Positions 10,905 to 23,925 of a stretch of DNA of 64,000 nucleotides are shown here, piece after piece (position 1 is the stretch's first letter; the number at the start of each line of letters is the position of its first letter). Source of the DNA: Mobula birostris (Eukaryota); assembly GCF_030028105.1 (NCBI RefSeq), contig NC_092378.1, positions 102,351,731-102,415,730 of the forward strand. Reading direction: 5' to 3'. Made by a program: the position numbers and the translations under genes. The notes under the pieces are model-generated. The model ran no database searches. It had not been told where the DNA came from and saw nothing but the letters and a program-made list of their open reading frames with translations.

Positions 10905-11342
10905 TGACTGTGTTGAGTCCACTGCAGGGAAAATTCACGGGTGAATAGCGACCATGACATGGGGGACTGAGTTGGGCGAGGAGCTTCAGTGGAATGCAGA
11001 AGGTGAGCACTGGCTGTCTGCCTTTGGATTGCTGGTGGGATTGCTCTGCTGCCGGAGACAAAAGCCTCAGTGGCCTGCCATTGTGTCCAGAGAATGTTAC
11101 CTAGATTTCCTGCGTTTTGGATGTGGATATGGACTTGGACTATGGACTATGAACATCTTTTTCAGTCTTATAGTATTTTTATATTCTGGTTTTTGCCTGA
11201 TTGTTCTCATTTTTTGTGTAGGGAGGGAGTTTTAGGGGTTGATGATTCTGCTGCTGTTCTTTTCTTTCTTGGTTTTGTGGCTATCTGGAGATGAAGAATT
11301 TCAGAGTTGTATACTTTGATAATAAATGAACCTTTGAACCTT
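10905..11342 (+). repeat. Unclassified non-LTR-type interspersed repeat with AATAAA and (TGAACCTT)n tail
   Basis: Ends gataataaatgaacctttgaacc; contains internal GGACTAT repeats. Confidence 0.45.
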
Positions 11343-12197
11343 TTTTAGTTCAAGTCTAAAATAGATTGGAACCTACTGTGGATATGAAAGGAAAAGAGTA
11401 TGTATTCCATGTTTTCTTAATTTCCTTATTGATCCAACTGACTGCTTTCATATTTTATTGCTCTCGGACCATTTCTTGTGATATTGGGTTGACTCTGACA
11501 GCTTCCCTATGGTGGAACGATGATACCAGCTGACTCGCTTCGTACTGTATCGATCCCAGTCAATTGCTTTGTTGTTCTGTTGAGGCCAATTTTTATTGTC
11601 ACATTGACGATGTTGAATCCTGTTGTTGCAACATTAATGGTGCCAAATTCCTTATCCAAAATGATAACGCTATTCAATGTTTTTGAGCAATGGGACAGGG
11701 TACAGAAGCTTATAGATCAAGTCCTCTGCAGAGTACAACCACAGGGAATAGAAGCAGTGAGCAGAATTTCTGGCATTCTCTAACCTGTGAGTGGTATAGC
11801 ATTCATCCTTCACCAGGCACTGTGAGGATCTGATATTCTGGTGCTCACATTTTGATCAGAGTAGCACTCTCCAGAAGACAGCAGAGCAGTCTGCTATCTG
11901 AATGCACCCTTGATGAATCATGCTGCACTCTATTTGAAAGGAGTTTGCAAATCTTTATTCAAAAGAGATGAAATATTTATTTGCAGGGAAATTACTTTTT
12001 CTGCTTGAACTGCACTAAACTGATACGCTTGTTTCGAATGGATTTTGCTCCCCTCCCCTTCTTTTTCCTGTAACTCTGTCTACCCCAAATAAGGGCTTTT
12101 CATGCTTCAGCTTTCGTTCAGAATCTACCATTTCGTGAGACAGCATGAGAGTACTTTGAACTACGATGTTGGAGAGCACAGCAGGCTCAGCAATTGG

Positions 12198-12790
12198 GAA
12201 TGGAATTGGTTTATTATTGTCACATGTACCGAGATACAGTGAAAGGCTTGCTTTGCATATTGTTCATACAGATCAGATCATTACACAGTGCCTTCTGGAA
12301 GAGGGAAATACATTAGAGGCTTTTAAGAGATGCCTGGATAGGCACACAGGTGTAAGGAAGATAGAGGGATAAGAGCATGCTGAAGCTAGGAGGGATTTTG
12401 ATCTGCTTTTTAACTGGTTTGGCACAACATTGTGGGCTGAATAGCCTGTTCCTGTGCTGTATTGTTCTATATTCTATGTTAACAAGGAAAAATAATAATC
12501 AAGCACAATATAGTATAGCAGCTACAGAGAAAAGTGGAGTGCAGGTAAACACTGCGGGACAAGATCATAATGAAGTAGAAAGTGAGGTCAAGTGTCCAAT
12601 TTATCACGTAAGGGAACTATCTACTACTCTTATAACAGCAGCATAGAAGCTGTCTTTGAGCATGATGGTACGTGCTTTCAGGCATTTGTATCTTCTGCCC
12701 GATGGAAAAGGGAAGAAGAGGGAATTTCCAGAGTGGGTGGAGTCTTTAATTACGCTGGCTGCTTTTACTGAGGCAGTGACAAGAGTAGAC
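12198..12790 (-). mobile_element. Rex1/Babar LINE 3' end, with a nested CR1 3' tip (+, about 12295-12480)
   Basis: IKDSTHSGNSLFFPFPSGRRYKCLKARTIMLKDSFY on the minus strand, ending in AATAAA plus a short-repeat tail. The internal segment ends in the CR1 tail ttctatattctatgtt. Confidence 0.75.
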
Positions 12791-14081
12791 ATGATATATG
12801 GCTTTGTACCCGTTACTCCCACCAGCTCTCCACCAAGAGAGTTTCTTGCCCTCATACCTGGATCTATTGTAGGGTAATTGGTGGAGACCCTTTTACTGTG
12901 ATTGGCCCATAATTCTGCCAATATGTCCTGCAGCTGTCAGGCGGCAAAGGTGATCTAGTGGGTCCTGAGTCTTTATCTGTCCACAGTCCAAACATTACTA
13001 GCTTTCTCCTTTTCCTTTCAAAGGGGGCTAATGCAATGTATCATATTTTGCCAGTGAGAACTGGAACCATTGCAGTGTAACTCCTTTCCTTCATGTTCAC
13101 ATTGGCTTGTTGGCATTGGTGCAGAGTTACAGAATGAAAGAAGCATACAGCACAGAAGCGGGCCCTCCCACCCCAGCTGATCTGTGCCCATGATGATCCG
13201 CATTTACCTGCATTACACCCCTTTCCCTCTACTCATTTTTACTCTAAATACCTGTCCAAATGCTGTAATTATATCTGCCTTTACCACCTCCCCTGGTCCT
13301 TCGGTCCAGGTCATCACCACCATCTTTGTGAACAACTTGCCCTCTGAATATGATGGTATTGGATTCCCTAAACTCAGAAGGAAGTTTGAAAGGAAATTCT
13401 AAGCCCCATTGATGTTTAGTAGCAAACTGTGGATACCCTCACTATAGGGAGATCATACTGTATCTGCCTACTCTTCAAAGAGTAACTTACTTCCCTGCCT
13501 TGTCTCTGTGGCGAGGTCCAGCTGCCAAAACCCATTATATGAGCAGTGGGTCCCCCCCTCACCCCGCTTTCTACCAAGGAGGAGATATGCCCAGCTAACA
13601 AAATAGTTTAAACAGTTTATTTTTAATGATAAACTTTACAATTAGAAAAATCATTCTGAACACACATTTAACACTCACAGTGGATTTCTGATTTATTAAA
13701 GATTTCCAAATTACCAAAGTTATGGTAAACTACCAATAAACTACAAATTTTTTAACTACAAAGAATTTCTAATCACGGGTACAATTCTTATGAGCTAAAA
13801 GCACATACATTCTGCTTCTTCTCTCTGTCACCCCATCTGTCTCCCATTCTTTGTGTCACTCCTAACAATCCTCATTGCTTTCTAACAATTAGACTGTTTG
13901 CTACTGGTTGACATTGTCTGCATGTGATCTTTTCAGATACCGTCACTGGGACAAAGTAATTTGCATATGGTCTAAAAGATTCTGGGGTCAGATATCTCAG
14001 ACATCCAAAACTGAGGCTGTGAGGACTGACTCTCTGAGTACTCAAAAATCCCAAATATTGATTGGCTTTGGCGATAACAGG

Positions 14082-17000
14082 ACGAGGTGAGGGAAGTTAC
14101 CTGTGAGGAATAAAAACAGGAAGTATGTCTGTGAGACCGGTGTTCTCTACTGGTTATCAAACGTGGAGGATTGGGAGACACCCAGCCTCCTGGAGGCCAT
14201 ATATGGGCAAGGTGCGTCAAGCTGCAGCTCCTTAGGGTCCGCGTTAGGGAACAGGAGCTGCAGCTCGACGACCTTCATCTGGTTAGTGAAAGTGAGGAGG
14301 TGATAGAGAGGAGCTATAGGCAAGTAGTCACACCAGGGCCTTGGGAGACAGATAAGTGGGTAACAATCAGGAGAGGGAAAGGCAAGAGTCAGATACTAGA
14401 GAGCACCCCTGTGGCTGTCCCCCTGAACAATACGTACTCCTGTTTGAGTACTGTTGGGGTGGGGGGGGACAGCCTACCTGTGGGAAGTGACAGTGGCTGT
14501 GCCTCTGGCACAGAGTCTGGCCCTGTGGCTCAGAAGGGTAGGGCAAGGAAGAAGGCAGCAGTAATAGGGGACCCTATATTTAGGGGGTCAGACAAGTGAT
14601 CCTGTGGACGCAGGAAAGAAACACAGATGGTAGTTTGCCTCCGGGATGTTTCTGATTGTGTCCACGATATCCTGAAGTGGGAGGGAGAACAGCCAGAGGT
14701 CGTAGTACATATTGGTACCAACGATATTGGTAGGAAAAGGGAGGAAGTCCAGTAAACAGAATACAGGGAGTTAGGAAGGAAGTTGAGAGGCAGGACCTCA
14801 AAGGTAGTAATCTTGGGATTACTGCCTGTGCCACATGACACTGAGTATAGGAATAGAGTGAGGTGGAGGATAAATGCGTGGCTGAGGGATTGGAGCAGGG
14901 GGCAGGGATTCAGATTTCTGGATCATTGGGACCTCATTTGGGGCAGGGATGACCTGTACAAAAAGGATGGGTTGCACTTGAATCCGAGGGGGACCAATAC
15001 CCTGGCAGGGAGGTTTGCTGAGGCTATCGGGGAGAGTTTAAACTAGGATTGCTGGGGGGTGGGAACCAAACTGAAGAGACGAAGAAAGGGGCAATTGGCT
15101 CACAAACAGAGAAAGCTTGGAGACAATGCGAGAGAGAGGATAGGCAGATGATAGAGAAGGGACTCGCTCAGACCGATGGTTTGAGATGTGTCTATTTTAA
15201 TGCAAGGAGTATTATGAACAAAGCGGATGAGCTTTGAGCGTGGATCAGTACTTGGAGCTATGATCTGGTGGCCATTACAGAGACTTGGATGGCTCAGGGG
15301 CAGGAATGGTTACTTCGAATGCCAGGCTTTAGAGGTTTCACAAAGGACAGGGAGGGAGGCAAAACTGAGTCTACTGAGTCTCTGTGGGTGGAAGTTAGAA
15401 ACAGGAAGGGCTTAATAACTCTACTGCTTGTTTTTTATAGGCCACCCAATAGTAACAGGGAGATCGAGGAGCCAATTGGGAGACAGATTCTGGAAAGCTG
15501 TAATAATAAGTGTTTTCGTGGTGGGAGATTTTAATTTCCCAAATATTGATTGGCATCTCCCTAGAGCAAGGGGTTTAGATGCTGTGAAGTTTGTTAGGTC
15601 TGTTCAGGAAGGTTTCCTGACACAATTTGTAGATAAGCCTACAAGAGGAGAGGCTGTGCTTGATCTGGTATTGGGAAATGAACCTGGTCAGGTGTCAGGT
15701 CTCTCAGTGGGACAGCATTTTGGAGATAGTGATCACAGTTCTGTCTCCTTTGGAGAGGGATAGGAACAGACAAGTTAGGGAAGCATTTAATTGGAGTAAG
15801 TGGAAATATGAGGCTATCAAGCAGGAACTTGGAAGTTTAAATTGGGAACAGTTGTTCTCAGGGAAATGTACGGCAGAAATGTGGCAAATATTCAGGGGAT
15901 ATTTGAATGGTGTTCTGCATAGGTACATTCCAAAGAGACAGGGAAAGGATGGTAGGGTACACGAACCATGGTGAACAAACACTGTTGAAAATCTAGTCAA
16001 GAAGAAAAGAAAAGCTTACGAAACGTTCAAAGAACTAGGTAATAATAGAGATCTAGAAGATTATAAGGCTAGCTAGAAGGAGCTTAAGAATGAAATTAGG
16101 AGAACCAGAAGGGGCCATGAGAAGACCCTAGCGAGCAGGAATAAAGAAAACACCAAGGCATTCTACGAGTATGTGAAGACCAAGAGGATAAGAAATGAGA
16201 GAATAGGACCAATCAAGTGTGACAGTGGAGAAGTGTGTATGGAAGCGGAAGAGATAACAGAGGTACTTAATGAATACTTTGCTTCAGTATTCACTATGGA
16301 AAAGGATCTTGGTGATTGTAAGGATGACTTACAACGGATTGAAAAGCTTGAGCATATAGATATTAAGAAAGAGGATGTGCTGGAGCTTTTGGAAAGCATC
16401 AAGTTGGTTAAGTGACCGGGATCAGACGAGATGTACCCAGGCTACTGTGGGAGGCAAGGGAGGAGATTGCTGAGCCTCTGGCAATGATCTTTGCATCATC
16501 AATGGGGATGGGAGAGGTTCTGGAGGATTGGGTGAGTTGCTGATGTTGTTCCATTATTCAAGAAAGGGAGTAATGATAGCCCAGGAAATTATAGACCAGT
16601 GAGTCTTACTTCAGTGGTTGGTAAGTTTAGGGAAAAGGTCTTGAGATTTATGAACATTTGGAGAAGCATAACATGATTAGGAATAGTCAGCATGGCTTTG
16701 TCAAAGGCAGATCATGCCTTACGAGCCTGATTGAATTTTTTGAGGATGTGATTAAACACGTTGATGAACGTAGAGTAGTAGATGTAGTGTATATGGATTT
16801 CAGCAAGGCATTTGATAAGGTACCCCATGCAAGGCTTATTGAGAAAGTAAGGAGGCATGGGATCCATGGGGACCTTGCTCTGTGGATCTCGAATTAGCTT
16901 GCTCACAGAAGGCAAAGACTGGTTGTAGACGGGTCATATTCTGCTTGGAGGTCAGTGACCAGTGGTGTGCCTCAGAGATCTGTACTGGGACCCCTTCTCT

Positions 17001-17964
17001 TAGTAATTTTTATAAATGATCTGAATGAGGAAGTGGAGGGATGGGTTAGTAAATTTGCTGATGACACATAGGTTGGGGGTAGTGTGGAGGGCTGTCATAG
17101 GTTACAGCAGGAGATAAATAGGATGCAAAACTCGGCTGAGAAGTGGCAGATGGAGTTCAACCCAGATAAGTGTGAGGTGGTTCATTTTGGTAGGTCAAAT
17201 ATGATGGCAGAATATAGGTATTAATGGTAAGACTCTTGGCAGTGTGGAGGATCAGAGGGATCCTGGGGTCCGAGTCCATAGGACACTCAAAACTGCTGCG
17301 CAGGTTGACTCTATGGTTAAGAAGGTATACGGTGCATTGGCCTTCATCGACCGTGGGATTGAGTTTAAGAGCTGAAAGGTAATGTTACAGCTATATAGGA
17401 CCCTGTTCAGAACCCACTTGGAGTACTGTGCTCAGTTCTGGTCGCCTCACAACAGGAAGGATGTGGAAACCATAGAAAGGGTGCAGAGGAGATTTACAAG
17501 GATGTTGCCTGGATTGGGGAGCATGCCTTATGAGAATACATTGAGTGAACTCAGCCTTTTCTCTTTTGAGCAGCGGAGGATGAGAGGTGACCTGATAGAG
17601 GTGTATAAGATGATGAGAAGCATTGACTGTGTGGATAGTCAGAGGTTTTTTTTCCCAGGGTTGAAATGGCTAACATGAGAGGGCACAGTTTTAAGGTGCT
17701 TGGAAGTAGGTACAGAGGAGATGGCAGGGTAAGTTTTTTACGCAGAGAGCGGTGAGTGTGTGGAATGGGCTGCCTGAGACAGTGGTGGAGGCGGATACAA
17801 TAGGGTCTCTTAAGAGACTCCTGGATAGGTATATGGAGCTTAGAAAAATAGAGGGGTATGGGTAACCCTAGGTTATTTCTAAAGTAAGTACATGTTCGGC
17901 ACAGTATTGTGGGCCGAAGGTCCTGTATTGTGTTGTAGGTTTTCTATGTTCCTATGTTTCTATG
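14082..17964 (+). mobile_element. Near full-length CR1 LINE (ORF1 esterase; ORF2 APE endonuclease and RT), inactivated
   Basis: AVIGDPIFRG, KDGLHLNPRG; CVYFNARSI, AITETW, FYRPPNS, VGDFNFP, LDLVL, DSDH; [31 protein letters not shown]; HLEYCAQFWSP; tail ttctatgttcctatgtttctatg. Many stops and frameshifts. Confidence 0.95.
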
Positions 17965-18279
17965 ATTGATCAACTATACCTGTGACCACGTTTGATGTGC
18001 TAAGTGAAAAAATCAGCTTGGTCTGCAGACTTCCATAACTCAGCCGCAATGGTGCAAATAACTTAGTCAGTATTGTCTGGTTTGATGCAAGCCAGTTAAC
18101 ATAACCCCACTGTCTTACGTTGGTTAAACATGGGCCTACAAGACCTCATTCTCTACTTGTTTGCAACAAGCTGAAGAAGGAATATTGCTTTGAAGTTTAA
18201 CTTTGTCACAAACAAATTTGATTCTTTGGAAAGGCTCTGCTAGAAAGCTGAAGTTCTCAGTAAGAATCTTGGGCCCTGG

Positions 18280-19590
18280 ATAATGAATATGCACCACAAA
18301 AGTTTCTTGAAATCTCTTCCGTCTTGCCTTAATCCTGTGCCCTCTAGTTCCAAACTCCCCTGTCCTGGGAAAAAGACTCAGAGTCTTTATCCTTTTTATG
18401 CCCTTCATAATTTTATAAACTTCTATAATTCATCCTTTAGCTCCCATTTTCCAGTGAGATTAAATCCAGCCTATCCAATCTCTCCTTATTACTGTGGTCC
18501 TCCATTCCTGGCAATATACTGGTGAATCTCTTCTGCACTCTTTCTATTTCCGTCACATCTTCCTGTAGTGAGCTGAAATGCAGATAATGCTTATCGATGT
18601 TTTGTATGACTGATACATGATGTCCCAACTCTTAATCACAATGCCACAGACTATGAAGGCAAATGTACCAAACACCTTCTTCACTACAGTTTCCACCTGT
18701 GTTGTCACTTTCAGGGAGCTATGGACTTGCATCCTAAGATCTCTCTGTTCATCAGTGCTACTAAAGACCTTGCCATTTAACTAATAGAATTGGAGATTCC
18801 AAAATCCATTATCTCATCCTTGTTTGGACTCAATTCATTCTGCTACCTCTCTGACCAACTTTCTAGCTGACCTATGTTCCACTCTATACTTAGGAAACCT
18901 TCTTTGTTATTAACGAGTCCAGCAATCTTCATCTTGTCTGCAAGCTTTCTAATCAGACCACCTATATTCTCATGCAAGTCATTATTTTTAGATGTAAAAA
19001 CCCACAGGGGCCCCAACACGGATTCCTGCGGCAAGTGTCTTGTTGCAAACGTGTTAGTCACTACTATGTAAGGCACTCAACCAATCAATCCATCTACTGT
19101 ACTGCCTTCGTCACTTTCCTCAGTTGCCTCCTCAAAAAAAAACAATCAGATTTGAGAGTCATATTTTCGCCAATCAAAACCATGCTGACTCCTCCTAAAT
19201 GGTCTCTACTTTTCCAAGTGACCATGAATCCTGTCCCTCAGAATCTTCTCCAACAACTTCCTGATATAAGGCTCACTGAATCTGCAATTTATAGGCTTAT
19301 GCTGTACCTACGATCCACTTTGAACAAGTGGGTAATACTAGCTATCCTCCTGTCTTCTGTTATCTGACCTCCCCCTTGGAGCTTCAATTGTTTCCACTCT
19401 ACACTTCCTTCACTTCCTGCGACAGATCCCATCAGATAATGGGAATTTATCTACCATAGTGAGCACCAATATTTCCTGCACTCCCTCCTTCCTAATACAG
19501 GCATACTCCAGAATAACGCTCCTTAGTTCTCCAGCCTCCACTTCCTTGTCCCTAGTGAATACTGATGAGCAGGTCTTCATACCTTGGCCA
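18280..19590 (-). mobile_element. Old CR1 LINE RT/3' fragment
   Basis: PQESVLGP, KLADKMKI, IERVQKRFTSILPGM on the minus strand. Confidence 0.8.
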
Positions 19591-21042
19591 CTGCAAGGTA
19601 TGTCCCTGAAAGGAATCTACCTTGCAATGGAAGAAGGAAATGATGGACACCTGGCTAATGACTGGACTACCAAGGGTAATTGCCCTGGCTTTGTTGACTG
19701 AAGCAATACAGAATTTGGGGAAGTCATTGGGAAATTGACTTTCCTAAGGGGCTCAGAACACACTGAATAAAGTGAGAGAATGGAAATTGTAATGAATTTC
19801 TCACTATTAAATGTTGGGTAGGGAAAAAGACTGTAACTGTCGTTAACACACAGGCATGAGCTAAAGTGTGCAAACACAAGCACACTCACATGGACATGCC
19901 ATGTCAGACAAGAATAAGATTCTCTTTTACTTGCTGTGCACTGTACAGAAGATAACACTGTCGAACACAGTTGTACGGTCCCAGACAGGAGTTGGCTCTA
20001 TCGCTGACACTTTGCTGTGTTTGGTGCTTCCTTTATATCTATATTCTGTAGTACTGTCTCTCTTGGAAGGTTCGAGTACTAAGGATGAGTTCAAATGGTA
20101 TTTTCTCAATTGCCAAAGGTAGCATCACACAACCATTATGACAAATGTTTTGAAGTTTCCTACAGCTTGGTCACATTTTAACGACCTGTAATGTTATTAT
20201 TGCTGGTGTGTGATGATTGGCTGCGAGTGTGTTGTTACAACTGAAGAAGTGAGGTCTTCAGGAAGCATGTACTCCCTAAGCACACATTCCCACATCCATT
20301 AATGAATTGTTAATTGCGCTGAAAATTACAGGGCGTTCTCACATTTTCCTTGTGAGCACTGTCTGGGCCCCGGTGAGTTAAAAAATGAATCAGCAGATCT
20401 GTGCTGTGAGTTTATGAAGTCTGGGAGTCACACAGCCAGTTACACTCATTATACTGAAATGAGAATGGTGGGGCTGGGAGATTTAATGAGGCTTGACTGA
20501 AACTATATACCAAGGGGCAATCAGCTGAGAAAGTTAAATGACAAAACGAATTGCAGAGAGGGAAGAAAAGGATAAATTAAAAATTATGCAATGGAAGAAT
20601 GTTTAACGACAATAGACTTAGATTGTGGCCATGATGAAAAGGAAGGAAGGGTCTTTACCCACCCACAGATGGGGGTGAAGGTGGGATGAATGTCACCTAT
20701 AATATCTCATTGGGATTTAAAATAAGTCATCACGCCAGGCCATCCCAGATCAGATGGATGCAAATGAACCTTCCTTCACTTTCTCCCTGCGATACACTTG
20801 TGTGTTTTCTTGTCTGTTTTCCAAGGTGAATGAGGAGGTGGGCTAATATGCCGATGGTGCCAAGCCTTCAGGATATGAGTTAGTGGTTTACAATTAGTGG
20901 CTGATTCTGATGGGAGACTAAAGACACAGGTAGCCCAGGCCGGGCAGGAGGTGGCAGTCTCACATTGTTAAAGAAATACTGAACAGATTTGGTTTATGTC
21001 AATTAGTTTTACACCTGTCAACTACAGTAAAATCCAATAATC

Positions 21043-21431
21043 CAGTACTGTGCTCAGTTCTGGTCACCTCAGTACAGGAAGGATGTGGGTACTATAGAGA
21101 GAGTGCAGAGGAGATTTATAAGGATGTTGCCTGAATTAGAGAGCATGCCTTATGAGAATAGGTAGAGTGAACTTGGCCTCTTCTCCTTGGAATGACGGAG
21201 GATATGAGGCGACCTGATAGAGGTGTATAAGATGATGAGAGGCATTGATTGTGTGGAAAGCCGGAGGCTTTTTTCAAGGGCTGAAATGGCTAACAGGAGG
21301 GACTTAGTTTTAAGGTGCTTGGTGATTGGGTGATATTAGGCCGTTTCTAGAGTAGGTTACATGGTCGGCACAATATTGTGAGCCAAACAGCCTGTAATGT
21401 GCTGTAGATTTCTATGTTCTATGGTCTATGT
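21043..21431 (+). mobile_element. 5'-truncated CR1 3' end (same subfamily as 4931-5467 and 17400-17964)
   Basis: Direct nucleotide similarity to those copies; tail ttctatgttctatggtctatg. Confidence 0.9.
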
Positions 21432-22054
21432 ACCCCAGACTTTGGTGGTGCCAGAGAAGCAAATCTTCTAGACTATTGGAATGAATGGTGGAGCATAACA
21501 ACAAATTTCACGACATATGCCAGTGATATTAAACCTGATTCTGACTCTGAGTGGGTGCTGAGGATACGTCCTTGAGGAATCCAATGGGATTGGGTTGGCA
21601 TGCGAAATGAATCCTTTGTCGGTTACCCTCTGACTATAATCGAATAGAAAGCAGAACCAGCAGGGCACATTGGCATTGTTAACAGTGGGTGAGGAACTGG
21701 AGGACAAATGTGTCAGTGGCTGCAGAGAGATAGAGGACGTTCCCTTCAGCACCATCACAGGAAGCAAATTGTGACTTAATGGTGATGAATACTTGATTAG
21801 ACAAAATCATTCTTGGAGTTCTCAGCAAGAAGTGCCTGGATTTGGCAGCTGTTAGCGTGTTCAAGAACTTTGGAGAGGGGACTGAGATTTGAAGTGAGGT
21901 ATTTGTTTGTAACCATAACCATGATTCCTTATTGAAAGGAAGGGTGATGATAACATATTTGAAATGGAGAGTCACAATTGGGACAGAACTATGAGCTATA
22001 CAAGAAAAAATGGGAGACAGCTGGTAATGTCGGATTAAACATAAGGACAGGGCA

Positions 22055-22500
22055 GAATAGCCCAATCTGCTGCTCTAGCCTGCTCCTGCATTAGGTAAGA
22101 TAATGACCCATTCCTGCTTTCTCCCCAAATCCCTTGACTTCAGTGTAATCTAATTGTTGTCAATCTCTTCTTTGAATATATTCAATACCTTTGCCTCTAC
22201 AGTTCTCTAGGGTAGAGAACTCCAAAGTCTCACAAACCTCTGAGGAGAGAAAATTACAATTTCTGTCTGTAATGGGTCAGGTTTTACCCTGCACCCAAGC
22301 CATTCGGTTCCAGATACCCCACCAGGGGAACATCCTTCTCAGAACCTTATTTGTTTTAATAAGAAAACCTTTCATTCTTGTAAATATCAATTAATACTAA
22401 ATTAAGAACCAGCCTAGTGAATCTTCCACATGCCTCTAATACTTTCTTAAATGTGGAAATGAAAGCCGTACACAATATCCTGATGTGGTCTCACCAGTGT
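22055..22500 (-). mobile_element. Old CR1 3' fragment
   Basis: GAACTCCAAAGTCTCACAAACCTCTG and GGAAACATCCTT resemble the reverse complement of CR1 3' ends elsewhere in the window. Confidence 0.6.
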
Positions 22501-23225
22501 ACTGAGTTGGGTCAGTCAGCGGTCTGTTAGGAATAGAGCTGAAGGAGGAAAGGTTGGCCCAGAGGCAAAGGGATCTGGGAAAAGTTCTGGGGTGAGGCAA
22601 GGGAGAAAGTAAGGTTTAGTCTGGGGGAAAACCAGCAGAATGGGATACTCAGGATCAAAAGTCAAAAGGTCCAACTGGTGGTATGGGGGAGGGTCTGTGG
22701 TGAGGAAAACTATCTAGGAATACCTTTGCATTCTGCAATTATCCTGGATTGATAAACTATTTTTGCAGGTGGGGATTTTTGTGATTCAGACTTGTCTAGA
22801 AATAAATGGTAAATGAGCGACTGATACTTGAAATGAAGGATTCATTCAGTACCTGCCAATTCCATGGCACAGGCTCACAGTGTCTGAGTTCTCTTCTGCA
22901 GAAGAGTCTTGGAGAAGAGGTGACTACTGCAGGCTGCACAGCCATTTCACATCGTGGTGAGCTGCTGACCCTCAATCATTTTTTTATCTAGGTATTTGAT
23001 TCCGCTCCTTACCCATTCCATTGAAGCACTCATCCCTCCCATTACTGAGCTACTCTTCTCCCCTGGCCCCATCATTCATCCTCTACTGTCCATGAATTCC
23101 ACCGGCCTGTACAAATCCCTGATATCCCTCCCTATCCTATAGTGCCCTGACCCTTTAACATTTCCTTTGTTCCCTAGTGCAGGGATGTATAATGTTTGTT
23201 TTATATCTTATGGGTTGCATGTATT

Positions 23226-23588
23226 CATCATCATCATCATCATCATTACGTGCTGTGCTGTATGACGTGGGCGATCATGGTCTTTGAACATGATTGTTCT
23301 TGGCAAATTTTTCCACAGAAATGGTTTGCCATTGCCAGTGTCTTTACAAGATGGGTGACCCCAGTCATTATCAGTACTGTTCAGAGATCGCCTGCCTGGG
23401 GTAACCACGACTTGTGATATGCACCAGCTGCTTAAATGACCATCTACCACCTGCTCCCATGGCCTTATGTACACTGATCATGGGGCTAAGCAGGTGCTAC
23501 ACCTTGCCCACGGGTTACCTGCAGGTCGGCAGAGGGCAGGAGTGCCTTCCACCTCCTTTGGTAGAGACACATCTCCAACCCGCCACCC
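23226..23588 (-). mobile_element. Short non-autonomous RTE-related element with (ATG)n tail
   Basis: The minus strand has GGCAATGGCAAACCATTTC...TTGCCAAGAACAATC, an RTE 5'-UTR-like motif, and ends in (gat)n, which is (cat)n on + at 23227-23246. Confidence 0.55.
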
Positions 23589-23589
23589 T

Positions 23590-23925
23590 TTTGGTGTATT
23601 GCTTTGTCATAATATGCAGGATACCGTGAAAAGCTTTTGTCTGCATGTCAGCCAGTCAGATCATGTCACAAAGGTAGTTACAGGAAAACAGAAGGCAGAA
23701 TGCCAAACATTGTGTTGCATTTACAGAGGAAATGCAGTGCAGGTAGACAAATAAATTTCAAAGGTCACCTCAAGGTAGACTGGGAGATCAGGAGTTTATA
23801 TTTTAGCGTATTAAAAATCCATTCATAAATCTGATAATAACAGGATAGATGCTGGCCTTCTGCTGGTACGTGTTCTCAGGTGTTTGTATTTTCTGCCTGA
23901 TGGGAGAGGGAAGAAGGAAGAGTAA
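23590..23925 (-). mobile_element. Rex1/Babar LINE 3' end
   Basis: FFPLPSGRKYKHLRTRTSR on the minus strand; similar to 12198-12790. Confidence 0.7.

Noticed and set aside
11400-11800. Coding-looking stretch with short open frames on both strands
   Set aside because: No motif I can recognise with confidence; possibly an eroded TE.
13380-14080. Unassigned sequence upstream of the CR1, with an AT-rich block and a minus-strand AATAAA
   Set aside because: No recognisable protein motif, termini or TSD, so it cannot be classified without a search.
23196-23474. Poly-His and poly-Met ORFs
   Set aside because: Translation of the (CAT)n retroelement tail.
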